A DNA stretch of 34,917 bases, taken from a virus. Position numbers and translations under genes: made by a program. Of the stretch, positions 8,476-18,354 are shown one piece after another (positions within the stretch are counted from its first letter, which is position 1; the number at the start of each line of letters is the position of its first letter). The stretch is taken from positions 1-34,917 of IMG/VR virus record IMGVR_UViG_3300000227_000001. The stretch is one strand, 5' to 3'. A model generated the notes under the pieces. It saw only the letters and a list, made by a program, of their open reading frames with translations. It was not told the origin of the DNA and ran no database searches.

Positions 8476-9876
8476 ATGCAAATTCCTGTTCTAAACGGCA
8501 TCTATACTGACGGGGTGGCGGATTTCCGAACTTCCTACCCTGTCAACATGGTGCCGGTGCCAAAAGAGCAAGGGATTAGCAAAGGATACTTGCGCCCGGC
8601 AGATGGCTTGGTTGCCAATGGCACAGGCCCCGGTGTCAGCCGCGGCGGAATCAACTGGTCTGGTATCTGCTATCGTGTCATGGGCACAAAGCTGGTGACG
8701 GTAGCGGAGAACGGCACGATCACTGAATTGGGCGACGTGGGCGGATCAGGTCAAGTGACGTTCGATTACTCCTTCGACCGCCTCGGCATCGCATCAGGTG
8801 GCAACTTGTTTTACTGGGACGGGTCAACGCTAACGCGTGTGGCCGACGCCAACCTCGGCACAGTGCTCGACTTTTGCTGGGTGGATGGCTACTTCCTCAC
8901 CACAGACGGCACGTCACTTGTCGTTACAGAACTCAACAATCCGACCTCTGTTAATCCACTGAAGTACGGCAGTTCTGAAGTCGATCCAGACCCAATCAAG
9001 GCGGTGCTCAAGGTGCGCAATGAGGTCTACGCGTTGAACCGGCACACAATCGAGGTATTCGACAACGTAGGCGGAGAGTTTTTCCCATTCGCCAGAATTG
9101 AAAGTGCACAGATTCAGAAGGGCGTTATAGGTACACATGCCGCTTGCATCTTTATGGATGCAGTAGCTTTTCTTGGCGGCGGACGCAATGAATCCCCCGG
9201 CGTATATCTTGGCAGCAACGCAAACGCAATCAAGATCAGCACCCGCGAAATCGACACGATCTTGTCGGGCTATACTGAGGCACAACTAGCTCTGTCGGTG
9301 CTGGAGACGCGCAATGATAAAGCGCATCAACATCTGTGGGTGCGGTTGCCAGATCGGACGCTTGTCTATGACGCGGCGGCGTCTCAAGCGCTGGAAGAAC
9401 CGGTTTGGTTCCATCTGACGAGCGCGATTAATGGTTTCTCGGCGTACCGTGCAAAGGATTTGGTGTGGTGCTACGACAGATGGCTTATTGGAGATGCTGA
9501 GACCTCAAACGTCGGCTACCTGGACGACTCTATCGCCTCCCATTTTGGCGAGACTGTGCGATGGGAGTTTGGCTCGCTGATCATCTACAACGAGGGTCGC
9601 GGAGCCATCTTCCACGAGTTGGAACTTGTTTGTTTGACTGGTCGTGTAGAGTTTGGCAAAGACCCGCAGATTAGCACGTCATACTCGGTGGACGGCGAAA
9701 CTTGGAGCCAAGACAAGTTCGTAAAGGTTGGCAAGCAGGGTGACCGACTTAAGCGCATCGTGTGGTTACAGCAAGGTCATATGCGCAATTGGCGAATGCA
9801 GCGATTCAGAGGCGACAGCCGGGCGTTTATCTCGGTGGCGCGTCTTGAGGCGCATCTTGAAGCATTGGCGGTGTAA
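8476..9876 (+). CDS. Tail hub / packaged-DNA stabilisation protein, P22 gp10-like
   Basis: 466 aa (P22 gp10 is about 472 aa). YPVNMVP, GVSRGG and GDVGGSGQV resemble P22 gp10 YLPVNML, GVSRG and GDVAGSGRV (from memory). Confidence 0.75.
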   Translation: MQIPVLNGIYTDGVADFRTSYPVNMVPVPKEQGISKGYLRPADGLVANGTGPGVSRGGINWSGICYRVMGTKLVTVAENGTITELGDVGGSGQVTFDYSFDRLGIASGGNLFYWDGSTLTRVADANLGTVLDFCWVDGYFLTTDGTSLVVTELNNPTSVNPLKYGSSEVDPDPIKAVLKVRNEVYALNRHTIEVFDNVGGEFFPFARIESAQIQKGVIGTHAACIFMDAVAFLGGGRNESPGVYLGSNANAIKISTREIDTILSGYTEAQLALSVLETRNDKAHQHLWVRLPDRTLVYDAAASQALEEPVWFHLTSAINGFSAYRAKDLVWCYDRWLIGDAETSNVGYLDDSIASHFGETVRWEFGSLIIYNEGRGAIFHELELVCLTGRVEFGKDPQISTSYSVDGETWSQDKFVKVGKQGDRLKRIVWLQQGHMRNWRMQRFRGDSRAFISVARLEAHLEALAV

Positions 9877-9878
9877 CC

Positions 9879-10406
9879 ATGGCGCGCTTAAATCTCACTC
9901 GTGACCAATTGGCGGCCTTTCTGAAAGACCACCAGTCGATCAAGCAGTTTGAACGGCTTTTCCAGGTTGTGAATGATGTGCTGGCGTCCAGCGATGCGCA
10001 AATTGCAGAATCGGCAGCCGCCAAAGTTCAGGAGGCTTTAGACGCTCTTCACCGCATCGCCGATGCTTTGGAACTGCTCGCTTTGTCGCCAGCCGCCCCG
10101 GCGGTTTTGGGAGAAGACGTAATTGTCATGCCAGCAGTCGAATTGTTGCAAGCCGATAATCTCGCGCCGCCTGTTCAGGTTGGCACGCTTGGGCAACAAC
10201 AGGCGGAATGCGTCTCAATATCTGGCGGCACAGTATCTGCTAATCTCAAGAACAACCAAACAATTTTGCTTGAAACGACCACTACACTTTCAAACGGGGC
10301 GGCAGCCGCTGTCGGCACACTATCTAACGCCCCTGTAGATGGCGATCCTACAAAATGGGTTGCCATAAACGACAATGGCACAATTCGTTACATCCCAACC
10401 TGGTAA
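9879..10406 (+). CDS. Hypothetical protein; possible tail needle/plug by position (P22 gp26 slot)
   Basis: 175 aa with a coiled-coil-like N-terminal half, directly after the gp10-like gene. No sequence match was recognised. Confidence 0.6.
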   Translation: MARLNLTRDQLAAFLKDHQSIKQFERLFQVVNDVLASSDAQIAESAAAKVQEALDALHRIADALELLALSPAAPAVLGEDVIVMPAVELLQADNLAPPVQVGTLGQQQAECVSISGGTVSANLKNNQTILLETTTTLSNGAAAAVGTLSNAPVDGDPTKWVAINDNGTIRYIPTW

Positions 10407-10417
10407 GGAGATCCACC

Positions 10418-10753
10418 ATGACCGTCACCGTCAAGAACATCATCCCGCGCAAGCAAGCTGAGAACGTGCAGACGACACAATACACTGCGACAAACTGCAA
10501 AACAATCATCGATAAGTTCACTGTGACTAACACCACAGCAGGAGCCGTGACCTTCGCTTGCAACCTGGTGGCCTCAGGTGAAGCTGCCGGGGTGTCGAAC
10601 CTGGTGCTGAGCACTAGATCGATCGCCGCCGGCGAGACCTACACCTGCCCTGAGCTTGTGGGTCAGGTCCTTGAGCCAGGCGGGTTCATTTCTACGTTGG
10701 CTGGTGCTGCCACGTCGTTGACTATCAGCGCTTCAGGCCGCGAAATCACCTAA
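10418..10753 (+). CDS. Hypothetical protein (111 aa, Thr/Ala-rich, beta-rich)
   Basis: ATG at 10418 follows taaggagatccacc. A terminator-like hairpin follows the gene. Confidence 0.7.
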   Translation: MTVTVKNIIPRKQAENVQTTQYTATNCKTIIDKFTVTNTTAGAVTFACNLVASGEAAGVSNLVLSTRSIAAGETYTCPELVGQVLEPGGFISTLAGAATSLTISASGREIT

Positions 10754-10769
10754 AGTGGTTCGCTTTTTT
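10740..10769 (+). terminator. Candidate intrinsic terminator (interrupted stem followed by T6)
   Basis: gcgaa (10740-10744) pairs with ttcgc (10759-10763), with an inner cac/gtg pairing, followed by tttttt at 10764-10769. The stem is short and interrupted. Confidence 0.35.
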
Positions 10770-10853
10770 CTATAGATTCATGGCAGATACCATCTCAGCT
10801 GAGCCGAGACTCGAGCCGCCAGCAGCTCACAAGTCCCACCAAGGAGTGAAGTG

Positions 10854-11708
10854 ATGAGTGGCACCGCAATCAAAAAAGCAACAGCGTTGGAAGCCCTTGA
10901 AGGCTACATGCTCAACTTTCCACAGGTCGAATGCCCGGTTGTTCATCACTTCGGACCTGGCATCTACATCCGAGAAGTTACCCTGCCTGCTGGCACAATC
11001 GCCATTGGACACGCCCAGCGGTTTGAGCACCTTAACATCATGTTGACAGGCGCAGTCGCAATGGTTGGTGACGACGGGCAGACCAAGGTGCTGCGAGCAC
11101 CCATGATCTTCGTTGGCAAGCCTGGGCGCAAGCTCGGCTACGTGCTCGAGACCTGCGTCTGGCAGAACGTCTACGCTACCGAGGAGCGTGACATCGACAA
11201 GCTCGAATCGATGTTCCTCGACAAGAGTCCCACATGGCAAGCCCATGCTGAGGCAGCTAAGCAGCTTGAGTCTTACCGCCGTCGTGAAGACCGTGAAGAC
11301 TTCGAGCTGGTGGTCCGCCTTGCTGGCTTCACTCCAGACGTCGTGCGAGCTCAATCAGAAAACCCTCACGACCAGATACCCATGCCTGAAGGGTTTGGCG
11401 CCAAGTTGACTATTCGCCCATCGGCCATCGAGGGCCTTGGCGTGTTCCTCAGCTCGCCTGCTGAAGCTGGTGAGGTGCTTGGACCAGCTAGAGTCATGGG
11501 ACGCCGTACACCTGCTGGCCGATATACCAACCACTCAAAAACTCCCAATGCCAAGTTCACCAAGGACGAGAGCGGTACCATTTGGCTCGTGGCCACTCAG
11601 CGAATTGCTGGTTGTGTCGGCGGCGGCCAAGGAGAAGAGGTCACGGTTGACTATCGTCAAGCTCTCGCCCTCTCGGGCATCAATTTAATCGAAGGAGAAT
11701 CACAATGA
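10854..11708 (+). CDS. SET-domain protein (putative lysine methyltransferase) with a His-rich beta N-terminal domain
   Basis: The C-terminal 100 aa carry SET hallmarks: GLGVF, RYTNHSKTPN (NHSxxPN) and GEEVTVDY. An aaggag RBS lies 7 nt before the ATG at 10854. The ATGA stop overlaps the next gene. Confidence 0.8.
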   Translation: MSGTAIKKATALEALEGYMLNFPQVECPVVHHFGPGIYIREVTLPAGTIAIGHAQRFEHLNIMLTGAVAMVGDDGQTKVLRAPMIFVGKPGRKLGYVLETCVWQNVYATEERDIDKLESMFLDKSPTWQAHAEAAKQLESYRRREDREDFELVVRLAGFTPDVVRAQSENPHDQIPMPEGFGAKLTIRPSAIEGLGVFLSSPAEAGEVLGPARVMGRRTPAGRYTNHSKTPNAKFTKDESGTIWLVATQRIAGCVGGGQGEEVTVDYRQALALSGINLIEGESQ

Positions 11709-12349
11709 GCGGAATCGCAACGGCCGTCGTGGCCGGTTCAGTCATTACTGGCGTCATGGCTAGCAAAGCCCAGTCTGACGCAGCTGAACATGCCGCCGAC
11801 GCGCAGATTACCTCGAGTCGGTCATCGATCGAGGAGCAGCGGCGCCAGTTTGACGCGATCCAGAAACTTCTGGCTCCATACGTGAGCGCTGGTGTACAAG
11901 CAATTGGTGGTCAGCAAGAACTGCTCGGTCTTGCTGGGCCAGAAGCTCAGCGCCAGGCAATTGCCGGTATCGAATCATCGCCCCAGTTTGCTTCGATGAT
12001 GCAACAAGGTGAGAACGCCATCTTGCAGAATGCCTCAGCGACTGGTGGGCTGCGTGGCGGCAATGTCCAAGCCACCCTTGCTCAATTCCGACCACAATTG
12101 TTGAATCAATTGATCGAGTCCCAGTTCAGTAAACTCGGCACCATCTCAGGTCTCGGTCAGGCGTCGGCCGCTGGTCAAGCAGCTGCAGCTCAGCAGACTG
12201 GCGCCAACATCGGCAACGCGTTGACTCAACAAGGTCAGGCCGCGGCAGGTGCGGCATTGGCCCAAGGACAAGCGCAAGCCCAAATGTGGGGGAATATCGG
12301 CGGGACCATAGGCAATGTCGCCACGCTCAAAGCAATGAAGGTATTCTAA
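11705..12349 (+). CDS. Internal virion / ejection protein (P22 gp7-sized)
   Basis: 214 aa, Ala/Gly/Gln-rich with a hydrophobic N-terminus. Synteny and size match the first of the three P22 ejection proteins. Confidence 0.6.
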   Translation: MSGIATAVVAGSVITGVMASKAQSDAAEHAADAQITSSRSSIEEQRRQFDAIQKLLAPYVSAGVQAIGGQQELLGLAGPEAQRQAIAGIESSPQFASMMQQGENAILQNASATGGLRGGNVQATLAQFRPQLLNQLIESQFSKLGTISGLGQASAAGQAAAAQQTGANIGNALTQQGQAAAGAALAQGQAQAQMWGNIGGTIGNVATLKAMKVF

Positions 12350-12351
12350 CC

Positions 12352-13647
12352 ATGGCACAACCATTCAACTACATGCTCAACGTCCCTGACCCGACTCAGT
12401 CGGTCATGGACGGCATTCAAAATGCACTCAACATCGGCTACATGATGTCGCAGCGAAACCTGGCCGAGCAGAAAGCCCTCGACCTGCAGAAAGCTCGTGA
12501 GACACAGGCCCAGATGGAGATTGACCTTGGCGCTCTGTCCAAGAACCCGACACCGTCGGCTCTGGCCAGCATGATGGTCAAGTACCCCAGCCTGAGCGAG
12601 AGCTTCAAGCGCACCTATGACGTGCTGAGCACCGAGCAGAAGGATTCACGTCTGGGCCAAGCCACGCAGGTTTACGCCGCACTCCAATCCAACAAGCCTG
12701 AGATCGCCCAGCAGCTGCTGACTGACCAAGCTGCGGCCTACCGCAACTCAGGCCAAGAGCGTGAAGCCAAGACGCTTGAGGACCTGGGCATGCTGATCAA
12801 GATCAGCCCTGAGACGGCGAAGACCTCGGTCGGTCTCTTCCTTGCTTCGGCCATGGGTCCTGACAAGTTCGTCGAGACGTTCACCAAGCTCCAAGGTGAG
12901 CAGCGTGATGCTGAGCTCCACCCGTCGAAGCTGACTGAGTCACAAGCCAAGGCCCAGAAAGCGGCGATCAGCGCCAAGTTCGCCGAGGCCAACGCCGTGC
13001 TTGACCTGCAGAAAAAAGGTTGGGACATCACCAAGATACAAGAGGACATCAAGATCGCCAAACAGAATGCTTCAATCGCCGCTCTCAACGCCCAGATCGC
13101 TCGCGAGAGCAACCAGATTAAGCGCGAGGAATACCAACTTAAGTTGCAAGACATGATCCAGAAACGGGATGAGGCTGTACGCGCCAAGGCAGCTGACCTT
13201 GAGGCCGCCCGCGCGAGCATGGACAATATGCTCAACACGGCTGACCGCATCCTGAAGACGCCGATTGGCGTGGTTGATTCAGCTGCCGGCCCAGTGTCGT
13301 CGCGCATGCCCACACTCAGACAGGACACGGCTGACTTCGAGGCTCTGGTTGAGATGCTTGGCTCACAGTCGTTCATGGCCCAGATCCCCATCATCAAGGG
13401 CATGGGCGCACTGTCTAACGCTGAAGGCGAGAAGCTCCAAGCTGCTCTGCAGAACTTCAGCTTGAAGCAGTCTCCTGAGCGTTTGCTCGAGAACGTCAGA
13501 GAGGCCCAGCGTTTGATTATAAAGGCACGCAAAAACTTGACCGCGCGGTCAGGCATGCCTGAGACCATCCCTGACACGCCTGCCGTGAGCACTTCTGGTG
13601 CCGACATCGATGCGCTTGTCAAGAAGTATACCCAAGGAGCCCACTAA
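12352..13647 (+). CDS. Internal virion / ejection protein (P22 gp20-sized), coiled-coil rich
   Basis: 431 aa. ATG at 12352 comes right after the previous stop. The track start at 12286 lies inside the previous gene. Confidence 0.6.
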   Translation: MAQPFNYMLNVPDPTQSVMDGIQNALNIGYMMSQRNLAEQKALDLQKARETQAQMEIDLGALSKNPTPSALASMMVKYPSLSESFKRTYDVLSTEQKDSRLGQATQVYAALQSNKPEIAQQLLTDQAAAYRNSGQEREAKTLEDLGMLIKISPETAKTSVGLFLASAMGPDKFVETFTKLQGEQRDAELHPSKLTESQAKAQKAAISAKFAEANAVLDLQKKGWDITKIQEDIKIAKQNASIAALNAQIARESNQIKREEYQLKLQDMIQKRDEAVRAKAADLEAARASMDNMLNTADRILKTPIGVVDSAAGPVSSRMPTLRQDTADFEALVEMLGSQSFMAQIPIIKGMGALSNAEGEKLQAALQNFSLKQSPERLLENVREAQRLIIKARKNLTARSGMPETIPDTPAVSTSGADIDALVKKYTQGAH

Positions 13648-15545
13648 TGGCAACACTCCAAGAACTTGAGCTGGCCTTGGTCAACGCCGACAAGGCGGGT
13701 GACCTTGATGCCGCTCGACGCTTGGCTGCCGTGCTTGTCAAGGCTCGCCAAGATCCCAAAAACCAGATACCAGACATGATTGTGCCTGGCACGACCCAAG
13801 AGTACGTTGAGCCATCCCTTGGTGAGAAGATTGTCGGCGCTGGTGAAGCTGCCCTGACAATTGGCACTGGTGCCACTGGCGGAACAATTGGCATGATCGC
13901 CGGCGCGTTGAAAGGTCTGGCCGAGCAGATATTGTCTGGCCAGTTCGGCAGCCGAGAAGCGGCCAGCCTAGTTGAGAAGTCAGCCATGCAAGGAGCTCAG
14001 GCACTGACCTACACGCCCCGCACGCAGTCAGGTCAGGAGCAAGTACAAGCCGTCGGCGAAGTGCTCCAGAACGTCCCTCCTGTCATCCCAGTTGTTGGAC
14101 CTATCGGAGCCGTCTCTACTAGTGCCAAGATGGCGCAGCCAGCGGTGGCGGCAACTGCCGGTCGTGTCGCAGCTCCTGTTGTGGCTGCCACCAAGCGAGC
14201 CGGTCAGGTCGCGGCCAAAGTTACTGAGCCGATTCGTGAGATGATGCCTGGCGCAACTTCCAAGAGCCCAACCCCTGGCACCCAGGCATCTGGCGGTTCA
14301 GCTGGTGTGGACATGGCTACTCTGCGCCAAGCTAAGGCCAATGAGTTGCCAGTGCCCATCAAGCTGACTGAAGGCCAGAAGACTCGTCAGTTCGAGCAGC
14401 AGCGCTTTGAGCGCGAGACCGCCAAGCTACCTGAGGTTGGGGCGCCCATCCGCGAGCGCTTTGCCATCCAGAATAAGCAGCTTCAGCAGAACCTCGAGGC
14501 CTTCATTGACATGACTGGAGCTGAGGCTCCTGACCTGCGCTCCATAGGCCTGGCCGTGGACAAGGCGCTGCGTGACCGGGCAGCCCGTGACAAGACGCGC
14601 ATCCGCACCTTGTACAAAGAGGCTGAGAAGGCCGGCGAGATGGAAGCCCCTGTCAAACTCGACGCCGTGGTTCAGCATCTGGTTGACAACGCGCCTGAAG
14701 CTGAGGTGGCCAATGTGCTCAAGGCAGCTCGAGCTAAAGCTCTGCAGCTTGGTGTAGCCATTGAGGCGCCTGATGGCACATTGATTGCCCGACCTGTCTC
14801 GTTGAAGACGGCTGAGTTGTTCCGTCGCTCGATTAGCGGTGCCACCAACGCTGAGCCGACCAACATCATGCAAGCTTCTCAGATGCGCAGCCTCATCGAC
14901 GCATCGACCGAAGGTCTGGGCGGCAACTTGTACAAGCAGGCTCGTGCAGCACGTGCTCGGTTTGCCAACGACTACGAGAACATCGGTCTGGTGAAGAACC
15001 TGCTTGGCCAGAAGCGCGGCTCTAATGATAGAGCCATAGCCATGGAAGACGTGCTTCGCCGCGCAGTCATCGACCCATCGACGTCGCTTGATACGGTCCG
15101 CCAAGTTCGCCGGCTGCTTCAGACCGAGGGGCAGAATGGCCGGCAAGCTTGGAAGGAACTGCAAGGCGGTACGCTCAAGTTCATACGTGACGAGGCCACC
15201 AAGGGCGTGGGCCGTGATGAGCTTGGCAATGCCGTCTTGTCGCCAGCGCAGCTCGACCGCGTTATCACCCAGCTCGACAAATCTGGCAAGCTCGACTTTG
15301 TGTTCGGCAAGAAAGGCGCTGAACAGCTACGCACCATCAACGACGTGGCCAAGGACGTGCTTACTACTCCGGCTGGCGCGGTCAATACAAGCAACACGGC
15401 CAGCGTGCTTGCAGGCATGATGGACATCGCCATCAGTGGCACGGCGGGTGTGCCTGCACCAATCATGACAAGCTTTCGATTGGCAACAAAAAGCATCAAA
15501 GATGCGAAAACTCGCGCCCGCGTCAAGCGGGCTCTCGGTGAATAA
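13647..15545 (+). CDS. Internal virion / ejection protein (P22 gp16-sized)
   Basis: 632 aa with an aaggag RBS and a TAATG overlap with the upstream gene. It is placed immediately before the tailspike. Confidence 0.6.
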   Translation: MATLQELELALVNADKAGDLDAARRLAAVLVKARQDPKNQIPDMIVPGTTQEYVEPSLGEKIVGAGEAALTIGTGATGGTIGMIAGALKGLAEQILSGQFGSREAASLVEKSAMQGAQALTYTPRTQSGQEQVQAVGEVLQNVPPVIPVVGPIGAVSTSAKMAQPAVAATAGRVAAPVVAATKRAGQVAAKVTEPIREMMPGATSKSPTPGTQASGGSAGVDMATLRQAKANELPVPIKLTEGQKTRQFEQQRFERETAKLPEVGAPIRERFAIQNKQLQQNLEAFIDMTGAEAPDLRSIGLAVDKALRDRAARDKTRIRTLYKEAEKAGEMEAPVKLDAVVQHLVDNAPEAEVANVLKAARAKALQLGVAIEAPDGTLIARPVSLKTAELFRRSISGATNAEPTNIMQASQMRSLIDASTEGLGGNLYKQARAARARFANDYENIGLVKNLLGQKRGSNDRAIAMEDVLRRAVIDPSTSLDTVRQVRRLLQTEGQNGRQAWKELQGGTLKFIRDEATKGVGRDELGNAVLSPAQLDRVITQLDKSGKLDFVFGKKGAEQLRTINDVAKDVLTTPAGAVNTSNTASVLAGMMDIAISGTAGVPAPIMTSFRLATKSIKDAKTRARVKRALGE

Positions 15546-15556
15546 AAGGAGTCCAT

Positions 15557-17578
15557 ATGTTTCAAGTTCAGTCGCCATTTCAGCAGTTTTTTGGTCTTGA
15601 GGGAGGTCCTCTTGACGACGGCAATATCTACATTGGCGCTGCCGGCCAGAACCCTGAGACCAACCCCATCGCCGTCTTCTGGGATGAGGCTGGTACACTG
15701 CCTGCAGCACAACCTCTTCGTACGTCAAATGGCTACATTGTGCGCAACGGAACTCCGGCTAGAGTGTTTACAGCTGTAATGGATTTTTCCATTATCGTCG
15801 CCGACAAAAACAAGCGTGTAGTGTTCTATGCGCCATCAGTTCCTCCCCTGTTCTCTGATTTATCAAATACTAGTAACCAAACTCTTGGCGACGCCCTGGT
15901 TGGAGTCAAGTCACTATTGCCTGGTGGCGTTGCCAGAACGCAGCATGAGAAAAATGCTGATGTTGTCAGTGTGTGTGATTTTGGTGTTAAGGGCGATGGT
16001 TCTGATGAGACTGCATATCTGCAAGCGGCGCTGAATTCTGGACACAAGTGGTTATCTTTGTCAGGTAAAACTATCACGGCCGGGACTGTCACATTACCAT
16101 CTGGCGTAGGTCTTGTTGGAGATGGTGGGACTTTGAAAGCCAAATCTGGGTCATATTATCAAATTTACATCCCAGACGGTTCGGCAAACAGCACCATCCA
16201 CGGCATAACATTTGATGCTTCAGGACTCGTAACAGAAGGTTCTCCAATGGGTGAAGCTGCCTGCATATCTTCTGCGACCACATCTGGGACGATGTCTGGG
16301 TTGAGTATCACAAACAACCGATTCTTGAACATCCCTACAAACCTTGGGCAACGCATGCACTCGATACAGTTAAATTACGGTGAGGCTTACGTCAGTGGGA
16401 ACTATACCGAACAATGCGGTGGTGACATTTACAACTTCAACAACGGCTACTTTATTGTAACTGGCAACACGGCAAAAAATAGCGGTGATGGTGGCATCGC
16501 ATTTAATAACGATGCGCGCGGCTGCATCGTTGGCAACTACATTTATAAATGCGATCTTGGGGTAGGTGCAGGGCCGGAAGGTACAGACGCTAATCAGGAT
16601 CACACGTTACTAATCTCCAGTAATGAAATTGTTGCTTGCGGCGACGGCATCAACATGGGATGGTTTGCATATAAAGGAAGAAAAGGGCCCCGGAACGTTA
16701 AGATAGTTAGCAACACTGTGGCTAAGTGTAAACGCTCTGGGATACGATATGATGGCAGCGATGATGGCTGGACGGGCTATGTCACGATCGTTGGTAACAC
16801 AATCTATAACTGTGGCAGTACAGATCATGACGGGTCGGTTGGCGATGGGATTGGCATCTCAATTGGTGGATGCAAATATGTGATTATCGGCAGCAACACT
16901 CTCCACGATAACGCTGGCACAGACATCGTAGTTGGTGCCATTGAGAATGTTCAGGTCATCGGCAACGCCGTGAACGCCGGTACTTATGCTGAAGCTGGCG
17001 GAAGCTGGGCTGACTTTGCTAGCAGCTACGGTCTTATTGCCAACAACACGGCCTTTGGACGCCGCATACTTATTCGGAACTCAACAGGAGTGCGGGTAAC
17101 AGGAAACACTCTGACTCTTGGCTTGCAAGCTGCCGATCAGGGGGCTGTTGTGGTTGGCGCAACATCCACGGAAGTTACGATCAGTGAAAATAATTTCGTA
17201 TCCTGTGGCAATGCCATCTATTTGCAGAACCTGGTCGGCTGGTTTGCCAATGACGTTCTGGATAGTAACAAGTTCTTCAACTGCATGAATAAGGTCGTAA
17301 ACTCACCACTAACACGGCACGGAGACGTGTATGTCGAATGCGAATATGGTGGGGTTGTTGATGCATCGGGCAATTTTGATATTTCACATGGCACAGCGAA
17401 TGGGGGCGGCTACGTGATGGCTGCTGCCGCGTTTTACAAAGGTAACAGCGGCGAATCGTTGCCCATGACTTTGGCTTACATAGATGGTAGCATAGCGCGA
17501 TTCACTACAGATGCTGGTAACAAGGACAGAATCTGCCGCGCGTGGCTGCGCTACAATAAAGATGCAATTACCTGGTAA
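15557..17578 (+). CDS. Tailspike with P22-like head-binding N-terminus and right-handed beta-helix body
   Basis: The N-terminus DDGNIYIGAAGQNPETNPIAVFWDEAGTLPAAQPLRTSNGYIVRNG parallels P22 tailspike [39 protein letters not shown]. The body has repeated GN/NN-containing beta-helix-like rungs (pectate-lyase type). Confidence 0.85.
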   Translation: MFQVQSPFQQFFGLEGGPLDDGNIYIGAAGQNPETNPIAVFWDEAGTLPAAQPLRTSNGYIVRNGTPARVFTAVMDFSIIVADKNKRVVFYAPSVPPLFSDLSNTSNQTLGDALVGVKSLLPGGVARTQHEKNADVVSVCDFGVKGDGSDETAYLQAALNSGHKWLSLSGKTITAGTVTLPSGVGLVGDGGTLKAKSGSYYQIYIPDGSANSTIHGITFDASGLVTEGSPMGEAACISSATTSGTMSGLSITNNRFLNIPTNLGQRMHSIQLNYGEAYVSGNYTEQCGGDIYNFNNGYFIVTGNTAKNSGDGGIAFNNDARGCIVGNYIYKCDLGVGAGPEGTDANQDHTLLISSNEIVACGDGINMGWFAYKGRKGPRNVKIVSNTVAKCKRSGIRYDGSDDGWTGYVTIVGNTIYNCGSTDHDGSVGDGIGISIGGCKYVIIGSNTLHDNAGTDIVVGAIENVQVIGNAVNAGTYAEAGGSWADFASSYGLIANNTAFGRRILIRNSTGVRVTGNTLTLGLQAADQGAVVVGATSTEVTISENNFVSCGNAIYLQNLVGWFANDVLDSNKFFNCMNKVVNSPLTRHGDVYVECEYGGVVDASGNFDISHGTANGGGYVMAAAAFYKGNSGESLPMTLAYIDGSIARFTTDAGNKDRICRAWLRYNKDAITW

Positions 17579-17601
17579 GAATCGATAACAAGGAGCTAAT
17601 A

Positions 17602-17823
17602 ATGTGGACTCACTACTGTAATTCCGAAAAGTGCTTGCTTGACGTTGAAGACGGCGAGGAATGCAACTGGTGCGGAGTAACTCAAGAACTAACGCGTGAT
17701 AAAGAAGGGGAGACTGGGAATGGACCAAACACTTATAAATTGGCTGCTAGGTGGCCTCGGAACTCTCATCGGGTTCTTGCTCAGTGCAGTTTGGCAATCT
17801 GTCAAGGACCTGCAGGTTACTGA
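17602..17823 (+). CDS. Possible small zinc-ribbon protein (CNSEKC...CNWC); extent uncertain
   Basis: A good RBS (aaggag) precedes the ATG and the first 25 aa hold four Cys. The 3' 104 nt overlap the next gene in another frame. Confidence 0.35.
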   Translation: MWTHYCNSEKCLLDVEDGEECNWCGVTQELTRDKEGETGNGPNTYKLAARWPRNSHRVLAQCSLAICQGPAGY

Positions 17824-17974
17824 CAAGGAGCTCACGAAGAAGGTCTCTGAGATTGAGATCTTGGTGGCTGGCGACTACGTCAAGAAGGATGAATTTATGT
17901 CCCATATGACCACACTGTTTGCCAAGCTCGACAAAATTGAAGACAAGATTGACAAGAAGGCGGACAAAAGATGA
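17720..17974 (+). CDS. Small membrane protein of the lysis cassette (N-terminal TM plus charged helical tail)
   Basis: 84 aa. The TM segment is LINWLLGGLGTLIGFLLSAVW. A ggggag RBS precedes it and its ATGA stop overlaps the endolysin start. Confidence 0.7.
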   Translation: MDQTLINWLLGGLGTLIGFLLSAVWQSVKDLQVTDKELTKKVSEIEILVAGDYVKKDEFMSHMTTLFAKLDKIEDKIDKKADKR

Positions 17975-18354
17975 TCTACACCCTCAGCAAAAAGTCGCGA
18001 GACCGCCTTGCTGGGGTTCACCCGGACCTCGTCAAGGTTGTTGAACGCGCCATTGAGATCACTGAGATTGACTTTGTCGTGCTCGAAGGAGTTCGCTCCA
18101 AGACTCGCCAAGAGCAACTCGTCAAGGCGGGCGCCAGTCAGACCATGCGATCGCGCCACCTGACTGGTCATGCCGTCGATCTCGGTGCTTACGTGGCCGG
18201 CTCAGTTCGCTGGGACTGGCCTCTTTACCACAAGCTTGCTGTTGCCGTCAAGCAGGCCGCCGCTGAGTTACAGATACCAGTCGAGTGGGGAGGCGATTGG
18301 GCGACGTTCAAAGACGGACCACATTGGCAATTACCTTGGAAGGAGTACCCATAA
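17971..18354 (+). CDS. Endolysin, peptidase M15 (VanY / L-alanyl-D-glutamate peptidase-like)
   Basis: Zn-ligand pattern SRHLTGHAVD ... WGGDW ... DGPHWQ is typical of M15 phage endolysins. Confidence 0.85.
   Translation: MIYTLSKKSRDRLAGVHPDLVKVVERAIEITEIDFVVLEGVRSKTRQEQLVKAGASQTMRSRHLTGHAVDLGAYVAGSVRWDWPLYHKLAVAVKQAAAELQIPVEWGGDWATFKDGPHWQLPWKEYP

Noticed and set aside
12738-13622. 294-aa minus-strand ORF inside the ejection-protein gene. Similar minus-strand ORFs occur at 1769-2383, 2414-2938, 6037-6642, 14427-15164 and 15119-15712.
   Set aside because: They are antisense shadows of the structural operon, and their composition is typical of non-coding frames.
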